Part shown: piece by piece, positions 48,501 to 63,500 of the stretch
Layout of the letters: every line of letters begins with the position of its first letter
Position numbering within the stretch: position 1 is the first letter of the stretch
Origin: Antedon mediterranea
Lineage: Eukaryota; Animalia; Echinodermata
DNA: 64,000 nucleotides
Direction: 5' to 3'
Assembly (NCBI RefSeq): GCF_964355755.1
Contig: NC_092677.1
Coordinates: 6,408,101-6,472,100, forward strand
Translations under genes and position numbers: made by a program
The notes under the pieces: generated by a model
The model's input: the letters and a program-made list of their open reading frames with translations, nothing else
Told to the model about the DNA's origin: nothing
The model's database searches: none

Positions 48501-51500
48501 TACACTTGCCACTGTCAACATCCCATTTCCTACGCCTATGGATAACAGTAGACTTCCACCTTCTATAGATGTGTTATTGTTAATAGAAAAGCATTAGTTT
48601 CCTTTTTTGTACATGTTGAATTTAATATTTGTGCCCTTTTTTTTTAAAGATTCAGATACATCTACCGACCGAGCTGAAACTTCTAGTCCATCAATAGCCT
48701 CAACAACTTCATCTCCACATACCATCATCAAATTGAGGCCGACCTCAAAGACAGGACGTAAGCGAAAGGTGCGCTGCATGAAATGTCCTGGTTGTCAAAA
48801 TGAAGATGACTGCAGGACTTGCGATAACTGTTTGTAAGTTTGTCATTCCTTGTTTATTTCATTTCCCTCTTGATAGGTCATCAACCATGTACAAGCTTTT
48901 TGATGATGGACCTTTTCATCTTTTACTGTATTATATTCAATGATAGTTTTCTGTTCTCTTTGGATGAATAAATTAATAATTAAATGAAATGAAATTGCTG
49001 GAAAAATTAATCAGAATAAAGTTTTTTTTAGGTATGAGATATTTCCAAACCTTGTAGAATAAAGTGTTAAGTACTTTAAATATTAGAAATGTTTGATGTG
49101 AGATTCTATTGACTTTAAATCAAACTTTTTTTTTATAGAGACAAAACAAAGTATGGTGGTCTTAATAAGAAGAAACAATGTTGCAGGTAATTGTTGTAAA
49201 AGAAATGTAAAAAGATTCGTCTACATTAATTAGTACACTGTATATACTAGTGTACCCATTGCCATACACAAGTGCAGTTGAAAACAAGCATTGATGATGC
49301 CCTGTTAATACAATTGTCTACCATTACCACATTTTTGTAATCAAACTTTTATGAATTCATGCTCACTAGATGCATTTTATCATTTTCTTTAGTGTTTAAA
49401 ATGTTGCTTACATTTTTCTAATGGTTAATATTTTTTCTATAATAGGTATAGGAAGTGCACAAATCCCCAGTTGCCATCTACAATGGTACAGACAGTGTTG
49501 CCGGCAACAAAAAAAAAAGGTAAATTGTATCTTGTTTGAATTGTGTTTGTGGAACCTAACAGACCCTACAATAGTTTTGTTGCTAACGTTTTCCGTCTTC
49601 CGACATTACGCTTTCCACAATTTGTTTCCATTTTTTTCTGTTTATGGCAGGATGGTTTATTATTGTGTTAGTGTCTACTAGTCCTTGTAAGTCTTTCTTT
49701 ATTTGATTCATCCAGTTATTTCTTGGTCTTCCTACGGGTCGTTTTACTTTCCTGTTAGTTTCCTTAATTGTTTGTTTGATTGGGGTATCATCCGGTAATC
49801 TAATTATGTGTCCATACCATTTAGTCTCCTTCGTTTAATTCTTTTACTTCATTCTTCTTGTTTTGTTATCTCGTATATTTTCGTGTTACACACTCTATCT
49901 GTTAATTTAATATCTATCATCTTTCGCAACATTTTCCTGTGATATAGATCTATACTCTCTTGTAATTTTTTGTTTAGTACCCAGAGTTCACTGTTATATA
50001 AGAAAATACTTGCTATGTATGCGTCAAACAAACGGGATTTCACGTCTATAGACATCGTTTTGTGTTCTAGCGACGACTTCAGCTTGTTATATGCCATAGC
50101 TGCTAGTGATTTTCTTCTTTTAATGTCTTTTTCTGTGTCCAAGTTACTACCGAGGTATTTGCATTCTTCCCATTTACTATCGGTGTTTCTTCCTATTAGG
50201 TATTCTTCTGTTTTACTTTCGTTTATCTTTAGATTGAATTCTGCTAATTTCTCTGTTACATTTTTCTTTATTTTAGTTATGTGTTCTTTTGAGTCGCTAA
50301 TAAATGAAATCTCATCTGCATACTGCATCTGGATATTAAGCTGTTGTAGGGGTAGTGGTGTTGTGTTTGCTGATTCGAGTGCCTTTGCTAGGTATAGTGT
50401 GAACAGTATCGGAGACATACAGTCACCTTGTGGTACTCCTAGTGTAGTAGTAAACAATTTTCCTGTCTGTTTTCCAATTCGAACGCTTAATTTTACATTG
50501 TTTATCAAAACTTTCAACATGTGTAGTTCATCATCTTGTAATATATGTGTCAGTATGTCAAATAGAGTATTCCTCCGCACCGTGTCAAATGCACTGGTCA
50601 TGTCAAGTAGTAGTAATATTATTTCGTAGTTAGATGACGCAATTGCCTTTTCTGCTAACATTTTGCATGTATGTACATGTTCGGTAGTGCTTCGTCCTCT
50701 GCGATACGCGGCCTGTGTTACAGGGACATGTTCATCTAATCTGTCGTTTATCCTATTTAGTAAGCATATTGCTAGCATTTTCCTAAGAACCGACAGTAGG
50801 ATGATGGGTCGGATGTTTTTTGGTGGACCTTTTTTCTTGCCTGGTTTCGGTATTGGATGCAATATGCCTTCGTTGATTTCTTTAGGTATGTTTCCTGTTT
50901 TAGCTGTTTGGTTATATATTTCTGCTATGTGGTTAAAAACTTCTGTAGGTGCATATTTTACCATTTCAGAGTATACTTGGTCACTTCCTGGGCTTTTACT
51001 ATTTTTTAAGCATTTCGCTGCTTTGGCAACTTCATCACCTGTAAAGGGAGACTTCATTTCAATAGGTTTAATGTTTTCGTTTATAGGTTTTTCTTGTGAT
51101 TTGTGATAGACGTTTTCAAAGAAATTGCTAATTATTTCTACCTGCTCTTCTTCGTTTGTTGTTATACCGAACTCTGTTTCTACCACAAGTCTTTTATTTT
51201 CGTTAAGTTTTAGGTTTTTTACTGCTTGGTACATTCTTGTTGAGTCATCTTTGAATTTTTCAATTTCAGCTATCTTTTCTTTTAGTGTGTCTTCTTTTTC
51301 TTTATTAAGTTCAGTATGAATATTCTTTATGATTTGATTTCTTTCTTTCCTAAGTTTTGTTTTCTTTGATTTGTCATTTGATGAATTTATGTCGCACCTC
51401 AACTGTTTCTGCTTCTTCGATAACTCTTGTATATATTTATTGTTTGATTTAGACTTTGCTTTCCTGTAACCAGCCACTTCCAATGCTACATTCTGAAAGA

Positions 51501-54500
51501 CTGTCGTTAATCTGGTCCATTTCTCTTGTGGTTCCAGGTCCTGGATGTTTACAGATTGTATACATCTCGATACCTCTCTTTGATATGTTTGTCTGTTTTG
51601 TTGTGCTTGAAGTTTTGACACATCTATTTGTTTGGTTTTCTTAGCGTTACTATTTAATTTATACCATTGTAGTGTTAAAGTTGTCTTGACTAATCTATGA
51701 TCAGTGTATGTTCTCGTACCACTGTATGCTCTTGCGTTAGTGACTAGCTTCATGTGTGAATTCTTAACTAGAATGTAATCGAACCTACAATATACGCTGG
51801 ATAAATATCCCAAGACGCCTGTTAGCATTATAGCATAACTTGTGATAACACTATGTGTTTAGTATTTATTATAACGCTACTAATTCTATTGAGAATAAGA
51901 TCTTTACAAACATTTCTTATATTATCAGAAATACAAAGGGTTATAAACTTTAGCAAGCAACCAGAAGTAAATGATCAGCCAGTGAAGAAGAATAAACCTT
52001 TTGTTGCCAACAAGATCATCAAGAAAGGCCTACGAGAAGTGGTAAGTTGAATATTTGTATAGAATTAACAGATACATAATATAATAATAATAATAATATC
52101 CTGGATTTTATATAGCGCCTAATGTTGTGAAACCTCTAAGCACTGAACATTATTACCCCAGTCATTTTTTTGGGATCAAACATGTATGAAAACATACAGT
52201 ACTCTCACAATGCAGAGTAATCAGCGTAAAGTTGTATCTTGATCTAACCAGGTACTAATTTATACACCTGGATGGAGAGAGGCAAATGTAAGTAAGGATA
52301 TGAGCAATGTTGTGGGAGTTGGATTTGAACTTTGTCGAACGTCCAACACACTGCGCCACTCGTCCTTATAGTCTATGCACTTTGAACGCAGGGGGTCCAA
52401 GCTCACTTATACAGAGTATAGGCACATTTGGCATGGGAGTTCAAGCTGACTAGCACAGAGTCCATGCACACTGCCATGGGGGTCCAAACTCACTGGTGGT
52501 GTACAAGCTTACTGACACAGAGATCAAGCTTACCAACAGCTCACTGCCATAAGGGTCACAAAGTTCAATCCCAATGACAAAATGTAAAGAGCCCAAGCTT
52601 ACCGATACAAGGTCCGATACAAGGTGCTCACTGACATGGAACTCCTAGCCTGGCACAGAAACTAAGTTCATTGATAAAGAGTAAAAGCTCTCTGCCCAGG
52701 TACAATGTGTCTGACAGAGGCATGTTCTATACTGAAAGTTGTCTAGACACCAACAATTCATTCAATTCTTAATTTCATGTAATTTTCCGTTGGTAAACCT
52801 ATTTACTTTTTTTAGCTTTCATCTCGTCAAGAAAAATTTGAGAACACACCTGGTATGCAGCAGTTGGTGTTAAAAAGCAAGATGACCCAGCAAGTGAATG
52901 CAGCCACTCATCGTATTATGCTAGACTACAAGGTACTATAGCCTGGTTTAAAAGTCTGGTTCAAATAAATCTTTCTGGAAATAAAATCTGGTTGAAACCA
53001 AGCCTGGTTTAAATTAAGCCTGATTTAATTCAATTTTTTTTTATTTCGGGAATATCATCCATATTAATAAACTTATAAACAGAAAAAGAAAAACCGTAAA
53101 TCATGTCTGAAGCCTGGTTGAAACCAAATCTGGTTGAAATCATGTCTGGTTGCAATCAAGCTTGGTTGAAACCAAGCCTGGTTTAAATTAAGCCTGGTTT
53201 AAATCATATCTGGTTTAAATCAAACCATGGTTAAAATCATGTCTGGTTGCAATCAAGCTTGGTTGAAACCAAGCCTGGTTTAAATTAGGCCTGTTTTAAA
53301 TCATGCCTGATTTCAATCAAGCCTTGTTGAAACCAAGCTTGATTGAAATAAAGCCTGGTTGCAATCATGCTTGATTAAAACCAAGTCTGGTTTTAATCAA
53401 GTCTGTTTGAAACCAAGCCTGGTTTTAAAAGCTTGCTTTTTCAGAAGGTCCAAAGTTCTGTAATCACAAATAATTTTAGTATTTTATTATAACTTCCTTT
53501 TCTAATTTTATTGATGTATGTATTCCATAGACCGACTGTAGTGTGCTCAATGCATGGCATAAAGGTGTAGCTGTACTATCTTCTGAACCTATGGTGCCAC
53601 GTACTGTGTGCTACCTTTGTGGGAGCAAAGGTCAACATGAGGTATGTTAAGACTTGTTTCTTATCACTTCACTTATTTTGTATTTTTTCTGTCAATCTTA
53701 ATTTCTCATTCATCAGGATCTCACCAAAAAAAAACGCTTTATTCTAAATTGGAAAAAAATAACATTAAATTACCAATTTATATAACCAATTTAGTATTAA
53801 AAAAAAATGGTCTTTAAACTCATCCACAATTGAATAGAAATATAGTATGCAATGCAAATAAAGATAATTGTATGAAATAAATATGTATGTCTTGAACAAA
53901 TATTCTATAAATTATTAATTAACAATTATTTTTTGATAGTTTCTTTATTGCAATGTGTGTTGCGAGCCATTCCATGATTTCTGTTTGGATGAAGAAGACA
54001 AGCCTCTAGAAGGAGAAATGGAAAATTGGTGCTGTCGAAACTGCAAGTTCTGCCATGTGTGCGGTTGCCAAAATAATGTATGTATTTTACAGAGTTTAAG
54101 TATATACAGAAACAACAATGAACATCAGTTGTCTACAACATCAGACCACTCTTTCCAAGTTCTCAAAATGATTATCTCAAAAACATGGAAAATGTTCCGT
54201 TTCTATTTATCATCACATAGTTGTCAAAAGATCTCTGCTTCTGGGAGAGTTGACTGTACTGTATTGTACATAATATTGTCACAATGTTTACACAATACAG
54301 TAGAACCTCCATTTTATGTACGGTACGGGACCGAAAGGCGTACGTAAAACAAGGGATTCGTAAAATCAAGGTTGACCTTAAATTGACCCCAAATAAGTAG
54401 AGATCGTAGGTAGCCGTATTTGCCTACTTCTGTACAGTATGCAGGTGGTCACTAGCTAGGCCTTGCCTAGAATATTCAGGCTAGGCTAGCAGGCCTAGCA

Positions 54501-57500
54501 AGATGTGAGGCCTAACCAGACAAGTACAGTATATACAGGCTGTACGATGTTTAAATAAAGTGTAAAATATAATTGTTTTCTATCAATAAAAACAGTCGCT
54601 GCTTTAGGGGGAATGCACGTGCGTAGCTTGTCCCACAGACAATAGCAGAATTCCTCACACAGCCATGATTGTGACTTTGTGTGCTTTGTTGTTGTTAAAT
54701 TGCGCCCTCAATGTAAGAAAATGATGACGTCATCGGTTATTTTAAGCGTACGTAAAATCGAGGGAACGTAAAACACAGGTTCTACTGTAATACTTATATT
54801 TTCTTTAATAGCTTTTACAATGTAATAAATGCAAGAACACATACCATGCTGAATGCCTTGGACCTAACTATCCTACCAAGCCATCAAAGCGTCGCAAAAT
54901 ATGGGTAAGATTTTGTAAAGAAAATGTTACCATTTCTATGTGTGTATTTAAAAAAAAATTTAATTTTGATTGAGGAAAATAACATGATTTTCGCTTTTTT
55001 CAGATTTGTACAAAGTGTGTTAAATGCAAAAGCTGTGGTGCTACAACTCCAGGTACTGGTAATGCCACATGGTGCTATGACTTCTCATTATGCCAAGATT
55101 GTGGCAAACTATTTGATATGGGTAAGATACTGTATTACTGGATACAATTTGATGGAATATAATGTATAGCATATATGACCTAACCTGGTTAAAAAATTTG
55201 GCGAAAACATGTTCATCCATTATGCGCATACAGAGATATTAGGACATGTTGGTTGCTCCCCACCTCAACAAAGTTTTGATCATTCTAGATCCAGGCGACG
55301 GTTGACGACACATCAAGTGATCTGACCTAAGTCGGGTCGTCGCAAATCAAAAGCTCCCTAATACATTATATATGGCTTTATACCAAAAGTCTTATTTCAA
55401 AAATAATTGGCTGGTACAGTTATCATGGAATTATATTCATTATACAGTAATTGTTTTACCATTGTATTTTAGGTAACTATTGTCCCATTTGCAACCGTTG
55501 TTATGAAGATGATGATTATGAATCAAAGATGATGCAGTGTGGGTCATGTGACACTTGGATCCATGCCAAGTGTGAAGGGTTAACAGGTTAGATTTTATTT
55601 TTTTTATTATGATAAAGACCACATTTATCTGACTGCAGAAATACTGGGTGATTATAGTCTAGGCTTAAGTCCTGGGGTTACACTGTTATACTAGTTCACC
55701 AACGCAGTGTGTGAGCTACAATTGGCAGCACTGACATTACGTGATCCAGGGAGAAGCATGTCCACATTACTGCAATGATTGTTGGGATGGCACTATATAT
55801 AAATATCAATTATTATTGTTACATATATTAGATTGTCAAAGGGTGTCCTATATTACGCAGAATACACAAATATGAATACAATTTATTCTATTTTTTTAGA
55901 TGATTTATACAATATAATGGCTGATTTACCAGAGAACGTTCCATATCTGTGTCCGCGCTGCGATCCAGTCAGGCCAGCAAAATGGATGACGGAGATCATG
56001 GAGGAGATGCAAGCAGGGTTCAAGAATGTTATCACATCGTTGTTAAATTGTAAAAGTGCATATCATCTTATAAAGCCAAAGAAAGTAAGTCAATAATGAA
56101 TAGCTTTTTTGTTGGGAGTGGCACGCCTAATCAACAACATAAACTGTTTTGCCACTCCTTGATACAATCAAGCTAATTGATGTTGTCTCTATGTTTGTAT
56201 AAAATTAATAAAATAATGGTTGTGTTTGAAGATGAGGCCTAATAATGATAGGAAAATCTTGGGTTCATTCTTTAATAGTGAAAATAAGAGTAGTAAATTA
56301 CAACTACAAAAAAATCAAAAACAAATGGCAGCTGTTTATATGGAAAAAGAAATTCTCACGGATAATAGTAATGCCAGTGCAGAAACCAAAGGTATAGAAG
56401 AAATGGAAGTTTCTATTATAGGAAGTGTTGAACCAATGGCGGTAGCACTATCTGAGGATACAGGCAGTATAGATGTAACACCAAACACAGTTATGGAAAA
56501 AGAAATTCTCACTAATAATAATAGTAAAGATTTTTAATGTGCACTTCTTCACCAAAGGTGCTCAAGGCACTTTGAATGCTTAAAATTTTCACCTTAATTC
56601 ATATTAAATACACAATAACATTTCAAATTCAAATTGAGAGGAATTATGACTTTTAGTAAGGTCGATTAAAATGTTGTGTTTTTGGTGATTTTAAAACAAA
56701 CTAGTTTATAAATTGACGAATTGAGATAGGCAGTGTGCCTCAGAGTCGTGGAGCACATGTTTACATGTCTTTGTTTTATATATATGTAGTTTTGTGTAAT
56801 GTTATTTATTGGAAAATAATTGTTTGCAATATCTTATTATTTTAGAATAAATCAAGAAAGGATTTAAATCGAACAGGATATGGTGATGTCCAACGTGAAA
56901 TGCCAACAAGAATTTCACCACGTTTGCATCAGGAAACATCGTCCAGAATTTCTCCTAGATTAGCTGTTTTAAATTCTAACAATAGTTCAGTATTACAAAT
57001 TGCAAACACAACTCTTGCCAATCTTCCCACGTCTCGAATCGTAACAGAACTGTCATCGATTCTGCCTAATATGGAGGATGATGTTATCAAAAATGTCATG
57101 GAAGCAGCAAAATCAGAGGTTGTTGTAATCGTTACAGAAGATGGAGAGATAAATTCGTGCAATATCAAAGATCTTTCTAGTCCATTACTTGCAATTTCTT
57201 CTGCTGATGATAATATTTCGAACAATGAATCAAAAACATCTTTGGAATATAAAACAAATTCATGTACATTTGAGAATAAAAATGAAATTGTATTACCTAA
57301 CGTGGAAAAGAATTGTGAAACGGATAGGAATATATTTGCTGCTTTTCAGAAAAACATTTCGAATGAAAATGATCCAAAGGGGTCAAGTATTGTTGAACTA
57401 TCTGGGCATGCAGAAAGTGTAGTTGTAGCGCCAAACGCAGTGCCTGCAGAAACCAAAGTTGTAGAAGAAATGGAAGTGTCTGTAATAGGAAGTGTTGAAC

Positions 57501-60500
57501 CAATGGCAGTGACATTATCCAAGGATATTAAAAGTGTAGTTGTAGCACCAAACACAGTGCTTGCCGAAACTAAAGGTGTAAAAGAAATGGAAGTGTCTGT
57601 AATAGGAAGTGTTGAACCAATGGCAGTAGCACTATCTGAGGATGCAGGCAGTGTAGTTGTAGCACCAAACATAGTACTTGCAGAAACCAAAGTTGAAGAA
57701 GAAATGGAAGTTTCTGTAATAGGAAGTGTTGAACCAATGGCAGTAGCACTATCTGAGGATGCAGGCAGTGTAGTTGTAGCACCAAACGCAGTACTTACAG
57801 AAACCAAAGTTGTAGAAGAAATGGAAGTTTCTGTAATAGGAAGTGTTGAACCAATGGCAGTAGCACTACCTAAGGATGCAGGCAGTGTAGTTGTAGCACC
57901 AAATGCAGTGCCTGCAGAAACCAAAGGTGTAGAAGAGATGGAAGTTTCTGTAATAGGAAGTGTTGAACCAATGGCAGTAGCACTATCTGAAGATGCAGGC
58001 AAAGCACCAAAGGCAGTGCCTGCAGAAATGGACGTTGAGCTAATGGGGGTATCAGTGGTTATTGAAAAAATGCCAGAAAATGAAAGTATTGACATTACAC
58101 CAGTACCAGTTTCAATAGCTGAAGCTGAAGGAAACATCCTCCCATGTTTGTCTGTTGCAAAATCACCTTTAAATTCAAACATTACTGATGTTGAGATTTT
58201 AAATCAAACAAACTTGGACACATCTGCTAGACCACAAACATCTGGTGTTTCTTCAGCAAACAATAAATCTTTACCCAGTAAAAGTAGAAATGTTACTGAA
58301 AATATAGTTGATGAAGGAAGTAACATAACAATTTCCTTAGATATATCTGAAGTTACTGACACTGCGAACTCTAATATGGCAACCATGGATCCTTTAAGAC
58401 TTGGATTGGATAATCTTGATTTACGTTTGGTCGATAATAGTAAAACATCAATTCTTGTAAACAATTTAGAAAACAGTGTTACGCCTTCTACAGATGTGAA
58501 TAGAACTGAAGTTCCGGATAAAATGTTATCAAAAAACATAGAAAATATTACTAGTGTCAAATCTAGTACAGATTCCGATTTGCCATTTTCAGTCAGCTCA
58601 TTTGGTACATCTGGTATGCCTGCCAATATTTTAGAAGATACCATTGTGGCAAATGACAATCCTGGTCTTCAGTCAGTTTCTTGTACAAAAGATCCTATCT
58701 CAGTTGTACCTGATGTCACTTCAGAAAACCTTTTATTAGATCCTAACTCTCTATCACCAAGCACTTGCACTACTGTTTCTGCATACTCAGATGATGGCAA
58801 TACTTACAACTCGGCAGAGAATACACAACGAAATCTTGAAATGGCAAACAGGGCAATTGACAATGCTTTAGTAACACAGTCATTGTCAAATCATACTCAA
58901 ATCCTCTGTAATCCTGGCATCTGTGATCAGTTCACTTTAAACCCAAGTGTGTGCATCATTCCACAAGATGTCTCGATGCTAGATCTTACATTAGGATTAC
59001 CAGAAGACATAAGTAACCTTATTCTTCAGTCTGAAGCAAGCCTCCAGGAACTCTCTAAAGCTGTATCTGTGAAAGAGAAGACTGAGCGACCATCTAATTT
59101 GGTGATGGTCAAGAATAATGTTGATTCGATGAAGTATTTATCAGTGGTAAGTAGCAGGTTTTGGTTGTGTTTCAAGTGGATAAAATCTTGTCTGTATAAT
59201 GGATCTTGATTAAACTGTTCTACTTAAAATAATTAGCTTATCTTGTCTTGCATAATTTTTCTCTGGTTGTCATGTACATGTTTAGTGGATTTATTGAGAA
59301 TAATCATAAAGTCCAATAATTTGTTTTTAGTCCGATTTCATTGATGACTGTGTAGCCATAATGCAGGAGTCAATATCTAGTGAAACCGTTGAAAATATTG
59401 ATCTTAAGCGCAGCAATCAGATCGTTAGAGAACAGTTTTTGCAAGTAATTGAGAAAATGTTCCCTTGGTGTAACGCCTTGAACTCCAAATGTTGGAAGAA
59501 GAATCATATTTTCCCAGAGTAAGTTATTTTTATGAACTATTTTTATTCTTTACAGTTACCAAATAAACAATAACAATTAAACACTATACTATACTATATT
59601 ACCAAATACACAGGTCAAAAATAATAACCACTTCTGTAAAAGATAATGTCATCATGGATATAATACTGGAGTAAAATATTTATATCGAATTCATTTTTTC
59701 ATGTTTTCTTTAGTGGCATGTTGCCCAATGCCGTTTTGCCACCATATTGTGATCATGAATATGCACAATGGCAACAGAGAATTCTTCCTGCACCAAAGAC
59801 ACCACAACCATCGCCGCTTAAAAAGGTTCATCCGTCTACTAAGAAACCAGCATTAGAAGAAAATTCAGGTACATTGAAATTAGAAATTAGAGTTGTTTGT
59901 TTGTCTCTTTGCCTCATAACAACTCCACAGAACTCCTCTCAATATCTCTTGCAGAAACAAAAGAAAGACTTTGATCAGGATCACTAGTGTAACCAATTGC
60001 TTGAAACAGTGGAGTTGCTTTGTTCTTTTACAAAATGATTAGTGTACACATGCAATCTCTTGCCTCATGAATAATTCATGAGGCATATACAATTTATAAC
60101 CATCAATTAAACATTCCAAAATGGTTAAAAGGAGTGCATACTCCAGGTTCAATTCTGATTCAAAATATCATCATTATTACTTAATATGATACTGATTAAA
60201 TGTAACAAACTTGCTTAAACAGATGTTGATGCATTTGACTTCCCGCTATTGGATGTAAATGCAGAAGATCCTCGTCGGTGTTCACTGTGTGGCCAATGTG
60301 GTGACCACGAGCCTGACCTTGCTGGACGTTTACTTTACATTGGTCAAGATGACTGGATACATATAAACTGTGGACTGTGGTCAGCAGAGGTGTTTGAGGA
60401 GATGGACGGGTCATTGGTTAATGTCCACAGCGCTATATCAAGAGGAAGGCTACTTGTAAATATGTTCATACAAGTTCCTAAGTATAAATATTATATGAAA

Positions 60501-63500
60501 TCAATTTAAGGCAATGTTTCATGAAAATGATTTGCATATAATTAAAATCACTTCCCTGTAGCAAGCCATGACATCTGATGTCACAAAATGGCATGGGTGT
60601 AGGCTATTCAGACATGGCGCACAACTTAAAATTCCTTTCAATCACCAGTGTCCTTGTTTTACAGAGGAAACTACTGAAAGGCACGACGTTATATATTTAA
60701 CTTCATTTCTATTGCATGAAAGTTTTATTTAAACCTTTAATTTTCGTTTTGTACAGCGTTGTGAAGTATGTGACCGTCAGGGCGCAACTGTCGGCTGTAA
60801 CACGCGAGGGTGTCCTGCTAATTATCATTTTATGTGTGCACGAGAAAAGAATGCCTTTTTTCTTGAAGATAAAAAGGTATTCTGTTGGCAACATGGTCAT
60901 CATGCTGACAAAGAGGTAAGATATATGGTTGTAATCAAATTTTTATTTTCTTTTAAGTTCTGTTATTTATTTGTTAATTTCGTAGCTTAAGTTAGTTAAG
61001 ATAAAAGGTACCAAGCTTGATTAGCTTCGGCTATATCTTGGCTACCTTTTGTATTGAAATTGTTTTTGTTTGATACAATAAAGAAGAAAAGAATAGAATA
61101 AAGAAGAATAGCACATTCGTTTATAACTAGAGATGTAAGTACCATAATTTTCTATATCTTTTCTAGCTTGTTGAAGAAGGTCATTTTGCAGTTTTACGTC
61201 GGGTATGTGTCAGTCTTGATAACATGAAGATGAATAAAGTGTTTGCAAAAGGTTTACCACCATCACGAGTGAATGCAATGATTGGATCGTTAACAGTTGA
61301 GTTTTTAGGCCGTTTAGGTCCTCTCTCTGACTGCAAGGAAGCACTTTATCCAATCAACTTTAGGTAAAGAATTGTTATGTTTAGAAGATGCACTAAAGAT
61401 ACATTAACATTATTTTGTTATAGTGGTATCATCTTGGATACATGGCATATTTTTAATCTATTCTTCATGTGTAGCATTTTGGTTATCAGACACTACTTGT
61501 CAACAAAAGGTTTTTGCTGTAGACTTTCTCTATGCACTGACTATTTATAATCTTTATTTGATAGGTTAAACAATGCTGTTTGTATATAAGAACTGTACTA
61601 AGAAAACACTTCATATTAAGATTGTTGAATATTTTATGTGGGATTGATGTATGTTTTAAATGAATGTTTTTAATTGTAATTGTTTTACCATATTTTCTGT
61701 CGAAGAAAACAATTTTTCCATGTACACATTTTATATATGGAACAAATAAAGATTTTATTTGATTTTTACAGGTGCTGTCGTGTGTACTGGAGTACTATCG
61801 ATCCAGGGAAACGATGTGTTTATACCATCAAGATCTTAGAAGTAATTCCAGAAACATCGCCAGGAGTGACTACACTCGTTGAAACCAACAACACATTGAT
61901 ACATAATAATCATGTTATAGCGACTGATATTGTAACAGACATCCCAAGGATGGAAATTGATCCTGTTGCTGATCTTGAAACTCCTGACATCATTCCACTT
62001 GACATCATTCAACCACCAGCTGATGTCATTCAACCACCAGCTGATGTCATTCAACCACCAGCTGACATCATTCAACCACCAGCTGACATCATTCAACCAC
62101 CAGCTGATGTCATTAAACCACCAGCTGATGTCATTCAACCACCAGTTGATTTCAATTGTAGTACAACCTCTGTGAATGAACCAGTAACAGAATGTGTAAA
62201 CAGCAATGCTGACAATCAGAGGTCTGTTAAGAAATTATCAGAACGGGCCTTAGAGGTTTATGAAGCTACTACTGGTAACTCTGTCATGATTGTTGATGAG
62301 GATTTTGTGTTTACCCTTGATGACTCCACAAAGTTGAGCAACAGTTATCCAATGTCCCGTACAGATAGCTGGCGGAAGACTGCGAATATGAAAAGAAGTA
62401 ACTCTTGGGCTGGTGGACAAACAAACTTTCAAACCAGCCAAATCTCTACCAATGAAGAAGTATTGCAACCTATTTCTGGTGATCATTTGATTTTGAATGA
62501 TGTGGTTGATGCCTTGAATAAAGCTGCTGCTAATAATAAGTTAAATCCCACCGAAGATGATAAGACTAACATGCCAATCACCTTGAACAATGGTTCTGCA
62601 ACAGTTCAAATGGTTAACTTAGAAGATACTCAAACTGCACCAGTAACCGAAGCTTATGTCAACATTATCAGAGAGAAAACTGATGTTCAGTCAAATGTTA
62701 TCAAGCCTAATGAAAATGAATATCGCATAAATTCCAAGAAGCAAAGTGCCAATGAAAAGGCTTCAGAAAGTATGTGCAATCATGTGCAACAAGGTCAGCT
62801 AGAGACAAGTAATGAAAACAAGATTCATAATACTATTGAAGAAAATGAACGTAATCGTTCACCAGAAAACTCTGACATTAATCTAAATCAAAGAACTGGA
62901 AGTAACTCACAAGAACAAGAATTGAATAATTGTCCTGACACTTTGTCTGAAGTAATACTAATTAACCAAAATAAGGAAACAAATTGTAGAAATCTTACAG
63001 AAAATTCAGGACAGAAAATGTTGCCGTACGATGTTAACAAGGATTCAGAAAAAAGTGGAAATGTAACTAGTAATGTTGGTAGGAGACCAGAAAATAAAAT
63101 TTCCAAATTATCATCAGAATTAGGTCAAATTCTACCTATATTGATTAAGGATAAACACGGTACTGTAAAAGACAAAGAAGTTAAAAAGCATACTATTGAC
63201 ATCAGTCACCTTCTTAGAAAGAATTATAGAAATAATGCAGTCCGAAAAAATACTGAAAGAATGTCACTAGTAGATATTAAATGCAATGGAGATGCAGAAA
63301 AAGAACAAAGACAGAATCCACAAAGTAAAATAGAATTGAACCGTAGGCCAAACGATTGTAAAATATCAATAAATGATGTGAACAATGCAATTGATGTTGA
63401 TGACAGCAGTGGTGTTTATAAGGAAGTAGATGTTAATTCAAAAGATTGTAAAATATCTTCCGAGAAAGACATTGATGTATGTAAAAATGAAGATGAACCA

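Noticed and set aside
56220-56537. Independent ORF or KMT2 exon
   Set aside because: Explained by the intronic repeat copy; no phase-0 splice pair was found.
57346-58659. Long minus-strand ORFs opposite KMT2 exon 16, and + strand ORFs opposite the RTE LINE
   Set aside because: These are antisense shadows of coding or repetitive sequence with no independent motifs.
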